Source: Thermodesulfobacteriota bacterium
GTDB lineage: Bacteria > Desulfobacterota > Desulfarculia > JACQYL01
Reading direction: 5' to 3'
Length of the DNA: 64,000 nucleotides
NCBI GenBank assembly: GCA_963675595.2
Contig: CAXXLZ010000002.1
Coordinates: 4,416,001 to 4,480,000, forward strand
The notes beneath the pieces were generated by a model. It was given only the letters and a program-made list of their open reading frames with translations, did not search any database and was not told where the DNA came from. Position numbers and translations under genes: made by a program. Shown here one piece after another: positions 20,684-30,966 of this stretch (positions within the stretch are counted from its first letter, which is position 1; each line of letters starts with the position of its first letter).

Positions 20684-22573
20684 ATGATATATGAATATTT
20701 CATCATCTTCATCTCGGTGTTGATTGTTTACACCACCTATGATCCTCCTTCGGCCGATCCTTCCTTGTTGTGGGTGCGCTGGGCGTGTGCGGCGGCGCTC
20801 TTTTTGATTTACGGGCTGTCGGCCGTGGCTTTTTACGCAAGGCTGCGCAGGCTCGCGTCCGAAACCGGGTCGGAATCGGTGCGAAAATCCTTTCGACGAA
20901 GCCAGGGCGGCTTCGCCGTACTGGCTCTTATCGCCTTCATGATCACCGTCTATGTGGTCAATATAAAGGCGGACCTCACCTCCCTGCCCGGGTCCCGGGT
21001 GGTCCCCACCCTCGTTGATTTGCCGGCGGTCCTCTTGTTCCTGATGTATCTGGCGACGGCTTGGTGGTTCGCCTATCCGGTGGCCCGATCCATCAGCCGT
21101 GTCCGGCTCAGCCGTATCCGTTATGTCATGTCGAAAGTTCGGGTTTACGGATCCGTGTTGATGCCTTGGCTGCTGCTCTCCTTGGCTGCCGATTTTCTGG
21201 AACGGATTCCCTTTAATCCCATCCGAAACCTGAGCCCTCTAATCCGTGAAATTATTTTTTACGGCATTTTTGTGCTGTTGTTTTCCATCGTGGCTCCCCT
21301 GCTCATCCGTTACCTTTGGGGGCTCGAACCTCTCGCCGGAGGACACGCACGAAACCTCATTGAAAATGCGTGTCGAACAAGCCGATTCCGGGTTCGCGAT
21401 ATCATGCTCTGGCCTCTTTTCGATTGGGAAATGATCACTGCCGGTGTCATGGGTCTGGTGGGAAGGTACAGATATATCCTCGTGAGTCCCTCCCTCCTTT
21501 CGATCCTGGACGACGACGAACTGGTGGGAGTGGTGGCGCATGAGATCGGTCACGTGAAGAAAAAGCACATGTTTTACTACCTGCTGTTCCTGATGGGATA
21601 CCTGGTGATCAGTTACCCTTTGTTCAATCTGCTCCTGCTTCTTCTGCCGCGTGTGGACTTCATTGCCGACGCCATGATCGTCGGAGCGGAGGACGGGGGG
21701 ACCATGCTTTCCCTTGTCGCGACTTTGCCTTTGCTTTTGGGTTTCCTGGCCTATTTTCGTTTCGTCTTCGGCTTCTTCATGAGGAGCTTCGAACGTCAGG
21801 CCGATCTGTTCAGCCTGAATTGGACCGGAACGCCCGGACCGCTCGTCGGGTCCTTGCGGAAGATCTCCTTTTTTTCCGGTGTTTCCCTTCACTCCCCATC
21901 GTGGCATCATTACGGCATCGGAGAACGCATTGAAGCGCTGCAGAGAGCCGCAGCCGAACCGGGGCTTATCCGGGCTCACGACAAGCGAGTCAAGCGGAGC
22001 CTGGTGTTGTTCCTCGTGGTGGTATCGGCAATGGGCGGCGCGGGTTACGCTTTCGAAGGCAGTGCGCTGCAGGCGCGGATGCAGAGGGAGACCGCCGAGA
22101 ATTTGTTGGTTCGGTTCGCCGAGCGGAACCCCGATAGCGCCGAGGCACTTGCGACGCTTGGCGCCTACTATCACGACGCAAAGGACTATGCCCGGGCTGA
22201 GACCTATTATCTCAAAGCCTTATCCGAGTCTCCCGAGGATGCGGAGACCCTGAACAACCTGGCATGGCTCTACGCCACCGCCGAGGACAAGGTCTTCTTC
22301 CGACCGGAGGAAGCTCTGAAATGGGCAAGGAAAGCGGCGGAACTAAAACCCGTGCCTCACATTTTGGATACGCTCGCGGAGAGTCTTTATCGTGCGGGAA
22401 AATTTGAGGAAGCCGTGGAGGTGGGAAAAAAGGCGCTGTTTCTGGCTCAGCGGGACGCTTCTTATTTCGAGGGTCAACTGACCAAATTCGAAAAGGCATT
22501 GGCGGCAAATGGAAAGTCCCAAAGGGCGGGATCCGCCGGAGCGCAGGAAGAGGGAGGAAGCAGTGAACATTGA
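20684..22573 (+). CDS. M48 family integral-membrane Zn metalloprotease with C-terminal TPR domain
   Basis: Multiple TM helices, AHEIGH, FERQAD, SWHH...ERI; TPR region with TLNNLAWLYAT and LDTLA. Confidence 0.87.
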   Translation: MIYEYFIIFISVLIVYTTYDPPSADPSLLWVRWACAAALFLIYGLSAVAFYARLRRLASETGSESVRKSFRRSQGGFAVLALIAFMITVYVVNIKADLTSLPGSRVVPTLVDLPAVLLFLMYLATAWWFAYPVARSISRVRLSRIRYVMSKVRVYGSVLMPWLLLSLAADFLERIPFNPIRNLSPLIREIIFYGIFVLLFSIVAPLLIRYLWGLEPLAGGHARNLIENACRTSRFRVRDIMLWPLFDWEMITAGVMGLVGRYRYILVSPSLLSILDDDELVGVVAHEIGHVKKKHMFYYLLFLMGYLVISYPLFNLLLLLLPRVDFIADAMIVGAEDGGTMLSLVATLPLLLGFLAYFRFVFGFFMRSFERQADLFSLNWTGTPGPLVGSLRKISFFSGVSLHSPSWHHYGIGERIEALQRAAAEPGLIRAHDKRVKRSLVLFLVVVSAMGGAGYAFEGSALQARMQRETAENLLVRFAERNPDSAEALATLGAYYHDAKDYARAETYYLKALSESPEDAETLNNLAWLYATAEDKVFFRPEEALKWARKAAELKPVPHILDTLAESLYRAGKFEEAVEVGKKALFLAQRDASYFEGQLTKFEKALAANGKSQRAGSAGAQEEGGSSEH

Positions 22574-23954
22574 TCGCAATTTGGGGTCCTTGCTGTCGGA
22601 TTGTGTGTTTGAAATGGAAAGGCAGGTTCCCTATGCCGCCGCGTTGGCCATGGAGCGGGACGGGGAGCGGTTTGTCCTGAGGAACAAGAGCCGAATCGTG
22701 GAGGAGGTCGAACCCGCCAAGGGAGCCGTGTTCACCGTATTCACCGGGAAGGTCTTTCTGGAAGCATCCGTGAACGACCTCACAGCCAAGTCGATGAAGG
22801 ACGCGTGTCGGAGACTGGTCGAAGCGGCCCGGTATGAAGGTATCCGATATGACGGACCGGAAGTGGACCCGGGACCTTCTTTGAAGGAACGATTTGCGAC
22901 AACGGTCGAGATTCGTCCGGAGGACCTCGGTCTTGAAGAGAAGATGCAGGCCTTGGAGGAAACGCATGCTCGTTTGAACGCCTTGGATCCGAATACGGCC
23001 GACGCGGTCATCCAGTACGGACATGTCGCAGTCAAAGAACTTTTTGTAAATCGCACAAAAAGCTTGGAACAGTCGTTGTCCCGCACCCAGGCTGTGGCGC
23101 TGCTGATCCTGCGGGACGAGAATCGCTCGGTATCTCTGCACGCGGGCCATTGCCGTCAGGGTGGGTGGGAACATGCTTCCATGGACGATTCGGAACTGAC
23201 AAGTCTGGCGGAGGACTGCAGGCTTCAGCTGGGCGCTGAGCGGCTCGATCCCGGGTTTCATGATGTGATTTTTTCTCCTGAATTCGCCGGCATTTTTGCC
23301 CATGAGGCTTTCGGGCACGGAATGGAAGCGGACATGTTCCTGAAAAAACGCGCCATGGGAGAAGCCTACATGGGAAAAGAAACGGCCTCCCCCCTGGTTG
23401 ACATGTTCGACGACCCCAGTCTGCCCGGTCAGGCGGCCTCTTACTTTTTCGATCACGAGGGGTGCTTGTCCGCTCCTACGAGGCTGATCAACAAGGGGGT
23501 CTTGTGCGGCGCCCTGACGGATTTGAATTCCGCGCTTCGGCTGAACCTGCCCCGAACGGCCAACGGGAGACGGGAGTCCTACGAGAGGAAGGTCTACGCC
23601 AGAATGAGCAACACATTCTTCGGAACCGGAAACGACACCTTGGCGAACATGCTTTCGGATATTGAAGAGGGATATCTTCTGGATCGGCCCAGTAACGGGA
23701 TGGAAGACCCCAAAGGCTGGGGAATCCAGCTCGAGGGATATTTGGCGCGGGAGATTCGTCACGGGAAGCTGACCGGCCGGGTGAAGAGCCCGGTGATCGT
23801 CACCGGCACGGTGCCGGACTTGCTGAAGTCCATTACCATGGTAGGCGACCGAATTGAAATCTCGGGACTGGGCATGTGCGGCAAAGGACACAAGGAATGG
23901 GTCAAAGTCACCGATGGCGGACCATACTTACGATTGCGTGCCAGATTGGGGTGA
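22563..23954 (+). CDS. tldD: TldD-family metalloprotease (catalytic subunit)
   Basis: HEAFGH, NGRRESY...RMSNT and GMCGK motifs. GGGAGG RBS precedes GTG 22563, overlapping the upstream gene end. Confidence 0.88.
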   Translation: MNIDRNLGSLLSDCVFEMERQVPYAAALAMERDGERFVLRNKSRIVEEVEPAKGAVFTVFTGKVFLEASVNDLTAKSMKDACRRLVEAARYEGIRYDGPEVDPGPSLKERFATTVEIRPEDLGLEEKMQALEETHARLNALDPNTADAVIQYGHVAVKELFVNRTKSLEQSLSRTQAVALLILRDENRSVSLHAGHCRQGGWEHASMDDSELTSLAEDCRLQLGAERLDPGFHDVIFSPEFAGIFAHEAFGHGMEADMFLKKRAMGEAYMGKETASPLVDMFDDPSLPGQAASYFFDHEGCLSAPTRLINKGVLCGALTDLNSALRLNLPRTANGRRESYERKVYARMSNTFFGTGNDTLANMLSDIEEGYLLDRPSNGMEDPKGWGIQLEGYLAREIRHGKLTGRVKSPVIVTGTVPDLLKSITMVGDRIEISGLGMCGKGHKEWVKVTDGGPYLRLRARLG

Positions 23955-23957
23955 AGG

Positions 23958-25265
23958 ATGGCGTTTATCGATCTGTCTGATGTTCATGATTTCTTGTCCG
24001 GCGTGCGAGGCCTTTCCGCCTGGGAGACGACTCTCGTCCGAAGCCGTGGATTTCAGGAATTCCGCATCATGGGTGAGCCCGAATCTCGTCGGGAGATTGA
24101 AACGGAACGCCTGGGAGTGCATCTCTACGCGATACGTTCCCTGGGAGGCAAAGATGTAATGGGGGAGTCCTCCCTTACGCTGGATCCGGGCGACGATTTT
24201 GGATCGCGGATCAACAGGGCTCTCGATATGGCTCAGCTCCCGGCCAATGAGCCTTTTGAACTTCCCGACCGGTTTCAGGATTATCATGGTGTGTCCGCTC
24301 GGGATGCGTCGGCGTTTACCGATCCTTTCAAAAGGTTGAAAGATGTTGCCGATGAGATCGAGTCTTCGGCGTTTGAAGAGCGTGTCGTGGTGAGTTCTTC
24401 CGAGGTGACGGCGGAGGATCGGGAAGTCCTGTTTCATAACTCCCGCGGGCTTCATGCCGCCCGTAAGGAGTCGGAGTTCTTTATTGATTTCGTTCTGTTG
24501 GCGGCCGACCAAGTCGGCAGGGAAGTTGAAAGCAACGGGTATCGTCGCGCCGGACGCCTGAAAGAGCTGGAACCGGCGGGCATGGTTCGGGAGTACGCTT
24601 CTTTTGCCCGCGATACGCTGTCGGCCGTGGAGCCCCCTTCCGGAATCGTGGATGTAGTGTTCACACACGAATGTCTGGATACCTTGTTTCAATGGTTTGT
24701 GGCTCAGTCGGGGGGGCCGTCCGCCTACCACGGCTGGTCGAGATTCAGGGAGGGGGAGCCGGTGGTGCCCGATCCAAAAGGAGACCGATTGACTCTGGTG
24801 AGCGACCCGTTTCTGGCCGGCGGGCTCAAGACCAGACCGTTCGACGAAAACGGACTTCCGCAAAAACGGGTGGAAGTGATTCGAGACGGCATCTTTCAGC
24901 GGCGTCCGGTGGACAAACGTCATGCCGACTACCTGGAACTGCCGGCCACCGGGGCGTTCGCGAATCTTGTGGTTTCGGCCGGTTCGAGACCCCTCGAATC
25001 GCTCATGCGTCCGAAGCCCGTCCTGCAGTGCGTCCAGTTTTCCACTTTTGAGCCGAATCCGATTTCCGGAGCGTTTTCAGGGGAGATTCGCCTCGGGATT
25101 TGGCATGGGCAGGACGGTTCCCAACCGGTAAAGGGGGGCTCGGTGAGCGGGATCATGGAGCAGGCGTTTCAAGAGGCTTACCTCTCTACGGAGACGGTAC
25201 GCCGAGAGACCTATCTTGGGCCCGGGGCGGTGAAACTGTGCCGTTTGAGCGTGGCGGGCGGGTAA
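23958..25265 (+). CDS. PmbA/TldE-family protein
   Basis: FHNSRG, PFDENG, ISGAFSGE and PVKGGSVSG motifs; no HExxH; starts 3 nt after tldD. Confidence 0.82.
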   Translation: MAFIDLSDVHDFLSGVRGLSAWETTLVRSRGFQEFRIMGEPESRREIETERLGVHLYAIRSLGGKDVMGESSLTLDPGDDFGSRINRALDMAQLPANEPFELPDRFQDYHGVSARDASAFTDPFKRLKDVADEIESSAFEERVVVSSSEVTAEDREVLFHNSRGLHAARKESEFFIDFVLLAADQVGREVESNGYRRAGRLKELEPAGMVREYASFARDTLSAVEPPSGIVDVVFTHECLDTLFQWFVAQSGGPSAYHGWSRFREGEPVVPDPKGDRLTLVSDPFLAGGLKTRPFDENGLPQKRVEVIRDGIFQRRPVDKRHADYLELPATGAFANLVVSAGSRPLESLMRPKPVLQCVQFSTFEPNPISGAFSGEIRLGIWHGQDGSQPVKGGSVSGIMEQAFQEAYLSTETVRRETYLGPGAVKLCRLSVAGG

Positions 25266-25422
25266 ATACCGCCGGAGGCAGGCAGGTTTAAGGAATGGAT
25301 CCGGGACCTTGTGAAAAATAGTATTTATACCTTGATCTTTCGACGGCGGCTTGTTACAAATCTTCGTCCCGGCGGAGCCAACGGCCGGCATCCTATATAT
25401 TTTCCGGTGGAGGAGAAGGGCA

Positions 25423-26385
25423 ATGAACGCACCCAGAGGCGAACTGAAAGTTTTTTCCGGAAGCAGTAATCCGGCTCTTGCCGCTCAAATTTGCGCTTCC
25501 ATGCGGGTCCCCCTGGGGCAGGTCAAGTTGGGTAAATTCAGCGACGGCGAACTCCGGGTCGAAATTCAGGAAAATGTGCGCGGCCGGGATGTGTTTGTCA
25601 TCCAGTCCCTTTGCCATCCGGTAAACGATCACCTGCTGGAGCTGTTGCTCATCGTGGACGCGCTAAAGAGGGCTTCCGCAGGACGCATTACGGCCACGAT
25701 TCCCTATTACGGCTATGCGAGGCAAGACCGAAAGAACGCTCCCCGTGTTCCCATCAGCGCGAAGCTCGTTGCCGATCTTATCAGTACGGCGGGGGCGGAG
25801 CGGGTGGTCACCATGGACCTGCACGCCGGGCAAATTCAGGGGTTCTTCAATATTCCCGTGGACAACCTGTACGCCTCCCAGGTGTTCTTCCCGTTTATTC
25901 GCGAGGAATTCATGGGAAAGAAGGTCGTGGTGGTATCTCCGGATGCCGGGGGCATGTTGCGTGCCAGGGCCTACGGCAAAGTCCTGAATACCAAGATTGC
26001 CATGATCGACAAAAGGCGACCCGAAGCGAACAAAGCCGAAGTGATGCATATCGTTGGAAACGTGGAGGGCCACATCTGCATCATTCTGGACGACATGGCG
26101 GACACGGCGGGAACCCTATGCGCGGGAGCCAAAGCGCTCAGGGAAAACGGGGCCAAGGAGATTTACGGCTTTTGTACCCATCCGGTGCTGAGCGGCCCGG
26201 CGATCGAACGGATCAACGAATCGGTCATTGAGAGACTGTACACGAGCGACACCATCCTTCTGAACGAAACCACCCGAAACTGCCCCAAAATCCGCGTCAT
26301 CAGCGTTTCGGATGTATTTGCGCAAGCCATTATCGGCATACACAAAGACGATTCCATTTCCACTCTGTTCACGATTCATCACTAA
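25423..26385 (+). CDS. prs: Ribose-phosphate pyrophosphokinase, copy 1 (canonical motifs)
   Basis: FSDGE, YYGYARQDRK, MDLHAGQ, SPDAGG, IDKRR and DDMADTAGT motifs. GGAGGAG RBS. Confidence 0.95.
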   Translation: MNAPRGELKVFSGSSNPALAAQICASMRVPLGQVKLGKFSDGELRVEIQENVRGRDVFVIQSLCHPVNDHLLELLLIVDALKRASAGRITATIPYYGYARQDRKNAPRVPISAKLVADLISTAGAERVVTMDLHAGQIQGFFNIPVDNLYASQVFFPFIREEFMGKKVVVVSPDAGGMLRARAYGKVLNTKIAMIDKRRPEANKAEVMHIVGNVEGHICIILDDMADTAGTLCAGAKALRENGAKEIYGFCTHPVLSGPAIERINESVIERLYTSDTILLNETTRNCPKIRVISVSDVFAQAIIGIHKDDSISTLFTIHH

Positions 26386-26475
26386 TCGTGGACCGATCGG
26401 CGCCGCGTATACCCTAAAGTGAATTCATCGACGGCCGGCAAAGACAGGGGCCGAGGCGAGAAGTCTGAGGTCGGT

Positions 26476-27351
26476 TTATTGTTCGGCGTTTCTTGCTCTT
26501 GGGAACACGGCCACCACGGCCGGTATTCTCAGACGGACCGGTAGGGCCATGGAGGTGACCGGCGCTCCAGGGGTCCACCCTCCATAAGTCTCGTAGCGAA
26601 ACGCGGGAGTCTGAAGGGCGAACTGGGCCTGATACCCTCCGTCCAGCCCCATGATGCGGTACACGTCCGGTCCCAGGGTGGCCAGGAAGTCCGCAAAGTC
26701 GTGAAGCGTGTACCCTCCCTCGCTGCAGAACACCGTGATGGAACCGTCTTTCATTTCGCCCAGGGCGGCTCGGTTGGCCACCAGATCGGTATTCTTGACC
26801 CGCTTCCTGCCTTCATGGTCTACAAGCATGTAGGACTGTAAGGCGAAGGAGTAATTGCTTCCCGTGGAGTCCGCTTGGTCGTATTTCAGGTCAAGAATCT
26901 CCACGAGTCCGGAATCCTTCGGAAGCGCATTATGTTCCACAAAGAGGGCTTTCCATTGCCGGATCAGCGGTGTACCCAAATTCTCTCCACCTTTCACCAG
27001 CAACCCCATGTGGCGGCTGTCCTCGTAATACTGTCCCGCATTGAACACCAAAACGGCCTTCAAACGATCTCTCCATTCTCCGGCGTTCATCATGGCGCGG
27101 TCTTCGTTCCTGCTGTAGTGGAATGCTTCGAAGCGGTACAAGGAGGGGTCGATGCGGATGGCCCCCGTGTATCGACTCCCCTTTCTGCAGAAGGTAGGGT
27201 CGAAAATGCGGTCGAAGCTGAGCCCGGGCTGGAGTTCAACCCAACGGAGCGCTGCTTCCGTCTTCTTCTGTCCGGCCGGGGCTGGGGAAACGAGGCTTAC
27301 TGCAATGGCGGAAAGGACAAAAACAAAACAGAGACGTCGTCGTAGGCACAT
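26476..27351 (-). CDS. Phosphodiester glycosidase (NAGPA-like) family exported protein
   Basis: Signal peptide; FNAGQY, NRAALG and GLDGG motifs. Start uncertain. Confidence 0.7.
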   Translation of the reverse strand: MCLRRRLCFVFVLSAIAVSLVSPAPAGQKKTEAALRWVELQPGLSFDRIFDPTFCRKGSRYTGAIRIDPSLYRFEAFHYSRNEDRAMMNAGEWRDRLKAVLVFNAGQYYEDSRHMGLLVKGGENLGTPLIRQWKALFVEHNALPKDSGLVEILDLKYDQADSTGSNYSFALQSYMLVDHEGRKRVKNTDLVANRAALGEMKDGSITVFCSEGGYTLHDFADFLATLGPDVYRIMGLDGGYQAQFALQTPAFRYETYGGWTPGAPVTSMALPVRLRIPAVVAVFPRARNAEQ

Positions 27352-27461
27352 GGGATTTGAAGGAGAGCTCGAGTCCGGGGTCAACTCAAGACCCGATTTG
27401 GATTCGGAAAGTTACCTCCCCCGGTTCTCTCCGCAATGACGAAAAAAGGCGCGTCACGTTA

Positions 27462-27887
27462 TCAACCCGCCTCGTGGAGGCGTCCAAGAATCGAATCCAC
27501 ACTGCGGTAGATATCTTCGTCCGTGCCGTAGATTTCGTCGACGGACGGGTGGTCGATCAGTTTCTCCACCAAGAAGGAAGTGACATACAAGCTGGCGAAG
27601 TGCGGGTTCGGCACCAAGTTGCGGATAGGGGCCACGCGGTATTCGATCTCGAAGTCTTCCGAGGAAACCAATTGCTTAAGGCACAGCTCGATTTGTTTAA
27701 TCAGTTCGGCACGATTGGTGGTGGTGATGTTCCCGGATTCGGTGAGGCGCTGGGCCAAGCGATTGCTGAGCTCTTCCGCGTCGGACCTGATTTGGTAGAT
27801 CGTCCGTTCCCTGCTGTGGTCTTTCGAAGAATCCAAGCGGGACAGTATTTTTTCTTCCCGGATGTTCGGGAAAAACTCTTTAGCCAT
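27462..27887 (-). CDS. Hypothetical protein (about 141 aa)
   Basis: AAGGAG RBS before MAKEFFPN; protein-like composition; no family recognised. Confidence 0.7.
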   Translation of the reverse strand: MAKEFFPNIREEKILSRLDSSKDHSRERTIYQIRSDAEELSNRLAQRLTESGNITTTNRAELIKQIELCLKQLVSSEDFEIEYRVAPIRNLVPNPHFASLYVTSFLVEKLIDHPSVDEIYGTDEDIYRSVDSILGRLHEAG

Positions 27888-28145
27888 TTCACGCTCCTTT
27901 GGGATAAAAGAGATTAACCGGTCCGCCAAGACCCCTGCGGCAGTCCGGTGGCCGAGCAAGCTTGGGATACCCCCGTCGCCAAGGGTGAGCTTTGTTCGAG
28001 TCGTCTCTCCGTTCCGGTCTCAATTTCCGCCGTCCATCGGACTCGCCTCCGTCCGGCGGAAAGGGATGTCGCCGTCCCACTTGGAGCCATATCCCATCCC
28101 GGGCCGAAATACGTCTTGACTTGACGCCCGGGAAGCGCCTTATTT

Positions 28146-28282
28146 CTCCCATCCGGACCGGCTGTTTCGCCCGGGAGAAGGCGCTTGCAGGATGACGGTT
28201 TGAACTCCTCGACTTTCGAAAGAAGACTAACATGGAAGTAGGAGCTTCGCAAGCAGGTAACCTGAGGGGAGGGCGTTTTTTT
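28146..28282 (+). ncRNA. Putative structured RNA element of unknown class
   Basis: Nested complementary segments CTCCC/GGGAG, CTGTTTCG/CGCAAGCAG, GAACTCCT/AGGAGCTTC and ACTTT/GAAGT, followed by a T7 run. Confidence 0.3.
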
Positions 28283-28441
28283 CGACGTCGGCGGATGGGT
28301 CTGCATGAGTACTCGCGCGGACCATGGAGCGTTCTCGAGTTGCTGTGCGTATAGCCGACTAAGCGTCGAACGACGGTTCGGGAGTCCTTTGAATGCATCG
28401 CGGGAAGGTGGGACCCGAGTTTGCAGAGACGTCCCCGATTC

Positions 28442-28470
28442 TTGACAGAAGTCGATCAACGCACTATGAT
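28442..28470 (+). promoter_or_regulatory. Sigma-70 promoter for serA
   Basis: TTGACA-17 nt-TATGAT. Confidence 0.8.
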
Positions 28471-28528
28471 CCCTCTCTCGTCCTTAAGGCCCACAGCGCC
28501 ATATAACTAAGTATTATGGAGGAGTCCG

Positions 28529-30109
28529 GTGAAGATTCTAATCAGTGATGCTCTCGCCCAGGAGGGTGTGGAAACCATTCGTAACGCCGGTGGTATCCAG
28601 GTGGATAATCGCCCCGGTTTGAGTCCGGAGGAACTGTTAAGTGTGATCGGAGAATACAACGGCCTGATCATTCGCAGTGCTACGAAAGTGACCCAGGAGG
28701 TCATTGAGGCCGGAGTCAATCTCAAGGTTATCGGAAGAGCCGGCATCGGACTGGACAACGTTGACATCCCTGCCGCTACGAAGAAGGGCATTGTGGTCAT
28801 GAACACGCCGGAGGGGAATACCATCACCACGGCGGAGCATACCATGTCTATGATCCTGGCCCTTTCCCGTAATATCCCGCAGGCTACGGCTTCCATGAAA
28901 GCCGCCAAATGGGAAAAGAAGAAGTTTAAAGGCAAGGAGATCTTCAACAAGACCTTGGGAATCATAGGTCTCGGCAAGATCGGAAGCATTGTGGCGGACC
29001 GAGCCCGAGGGCTCAAGATGAGAGTGCTCGGTTTTGATCCCTTTCTGAGGCCGGAATCGGCGAGCGCCATGGGAGTGGAGCTTGTGTCCATGGATCGACT
29101 CTTGGAAGAGGCGGACTACGTCACGGTGCACGTTCCCAAGACGCCTGAGACCACTAAAATCATCAATCGTGAGACCCTTTCGAAGATGAAACAAGGGGTT
29201 TACGTGATCAATTGCGCTAGGGGCGGTATCGTGGACGAAGAGGCGCTTCTGGAAGCGCTGAATTCAGGCCGCGTCAGAGGAGCCGCGTTGGACGTTTTCG
29301 AGACCGAACCTCCCGGAGATCACCCCTTGCTCAAACTCGAGAATGTTATTTGTACGCCTCACTTGGGAGCCTCCACCGAAGAAGCCCAGGTCAATGTGGC
29401 CGTTGGAATCGCGGAGCAGATGGCGGATTACCTGCTGAACGGGACCGTGAAGAACGCGGTGAACGTTCCTTCCGTCAGTGGGGAAATGCTTTCCAAAATT
29501 GCGCCCTACGTGAGTTTGTGCGAGAAGCTCGGCAAGGTGTTGTCCGGTCTTTCGAGCGGAGCCCTTTCGTCCGTTGAGATCACTTACCGTGGGCATGTGG
29601 CCGAAATCGACACGGCGCCTTTGAAGACCGCCGTGCTCATGGGGCTGCTTTTTCCGCGTCTCCGGGGAGCGGTGAACTTCGTGAACGCCCCGATCATCGC
29701 CAAGGAAAGAGGCATCGACGTTATCGAGAAGAAATCCGAAACCGCGGAGAATTTCCTGGACCTCATCAGTGTCCGTATCCAGATCGATTCTCAGACCCGT
29801 CTGGTCGCGGGAACGCTCTTCGGTAAGACGGAACCTCGATTGGTGCGTATTGACGACTTCACGCTTGAAGCGGTGCCCGAAGGGAACATGCTCTTCATCA
29901 AGAGCCATGACAGACCCGGCGTTATCGGCAAGATCGGCAGCTACTTGGGCACGAATTCGGTCAATATCGACAATATGCATGTGGGCCAGGACTTGGCGCA
30001 CAAAATGAACCTGATTCTTATCCGCACCGACAAAGGCCTCACCGAGGATGCTCTCAAAGGGCTCAATGCGTTGGAGGACGTGGAATCGGCCCTGTTTCTC
30101 GAAGCGTGA
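28529..30109 (+). CDS. serA: D-3-phosphoglycerate dehydrogenase (long form with ASB/ACT domains)
   Basis: GRAGIGLDNVD, GLGKIG, NCARGG, LDVF and TPHLGAST motifs; ACT domain DRPGVIG. GGAGGAG RBS, GTG start. Confidence 0.95.
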   Translation: MKILISDALAQEGVETIRNAGGIQVDNRPGLSPEELLSVIGEYNGLIIRSATKVTQEVIEAGVNLKVIGRAGIGLDNVDIPAATKKGIVVMNTPEGNTITTAEHTMSMILALSRNIPQATASMKAAKWEKKKFKGKEIFNKTLGIIGLGKIGSIVADRARGLKMRVLGFDPFLRPESASAMGVELVSMDRLLEEADYVTVHVPKTPETTKIINRETLSKMKQGVYVINCARGGIVDEEALLEALNSGRVRGAALDVFETEPPGDHPLLKLENVICTPHLGASTEEAQVNVAVGIAEQMADYLLNGTVKNAVNVPSVSGEMLSKIAPYVSLCEKLGKVLSGLSSGALSSVEITYRGHVAEIDTAPLKTAVLMGLLFPRLRGAVNFVNAPIIAKERGIDVIEKKSETAENFLDLISVRIQIDSQTRLVAGTLFGKTEPRLVRIDDFTLEAVPEGNMLFIKSHDRPGVIGKIGSYLGTNSVNIDNMHVGQDLAHKMNLILIRTDKGLTEDALKGLNALEDVESALFLEA

Positions 30110-30198
30110 CGGCAGTGCGGCGCCGGCGCGCGAATCCGTTACGGGTTCGGGTGGCCGGCCGCTCCTAAAGAATGCCCGAGTCTGCCGGAGGAACCGTT

Positions 30199-30627
30199 AT
30201 GAGTGAAGAAGAAAAGGGATTCGTCATCAAGGACCGGCGTCGTTTCGATGCCGAGGGGCAGGTCAAGGAAGAGGAACCGGAAAAGGAAGCGCCCAAGGCG
30301 GAGTCCGGAGATGAACGAGCGGCCCAAGAGAAGCCGCAGACGGATGAAGCCGGTAAGCATTCGAGGGGTTCGGAAGCTCCGCTCCCCGAGATCAATTTTT
30401 CCACGTTCATTTTTTCTTTGAGTACGTCCGCTTTGATGCATCTGGGTGAACTTCCTGATCCCTCGACGAACGCCAAGGCGACGGACTTGCCCTTGGCCAA
30501 ACAGACCATCGACATCCTCGGGATGCTCCACAGGAAGACCTTGGGAAATCTTGAAGAGGACGAGAAGAATCTTCTGGAGAACCTGCTGACCGATCTTCGA
30601 CTGAAATACGTTTCCAAGAAGAAATAG
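30199..30627 (+). CDS. DUF1844 domain protein
   Basis: GFVIKDRRRF...F.TFIFSL...ALMHLG...AKQTIDIL..L..KT.GNL pattern; GGAGG RBS. Confidence 0.85.
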   Translation: MSEEEKGFVIKDRRRFDAEGQVKEEEPEKEAPKAESGDERAAQEKPQTDEAGKHSRGSEAPLPEINFSTFIFSLSTSALMHLGELPDPSTNAKATDLPLAKQTIDILGMLHRKTLGNLEEDEKNLLENLLTDLRLKYVSKKK

Positions 30628-30966
30628 CCGCTGGAGCGGGATCGTCCCCGGGCTCGAATGGAGACTTTGCCGCCATCTTTCGGACGTCACGTCGTCGGCG
30701 GATGCTGAAAGGCGAACTGGAACCGATCACGGGGGAAATCTTCTGCGAAGTTTTCCCCCGTCGTTTTTTCGGACCATATCTCCGAATTCCGTCGATCGGA
30801 TATGGAAAGAAGGCATCGGCAGGATACGGCGTCGCGGCGTTCGTACCGTGCGTTTCCATGGACTCTTTGTGGGTAACGGAGTTGCTCGGAAAGGATTTCG
30901 GGGCTTGGGAGCGTCCAAGTGGGATTTTGGTGGGAACCCGGGTCTTCATTGGAGAAGAGACCACAC

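Noticed and set aside
28407-28415. T-box-like GGTGGGACC upstream of serA
   Set aside because: No recognisable stem I/specifier or downstream terminator, and a near-consensus promoter lies between it and serA.
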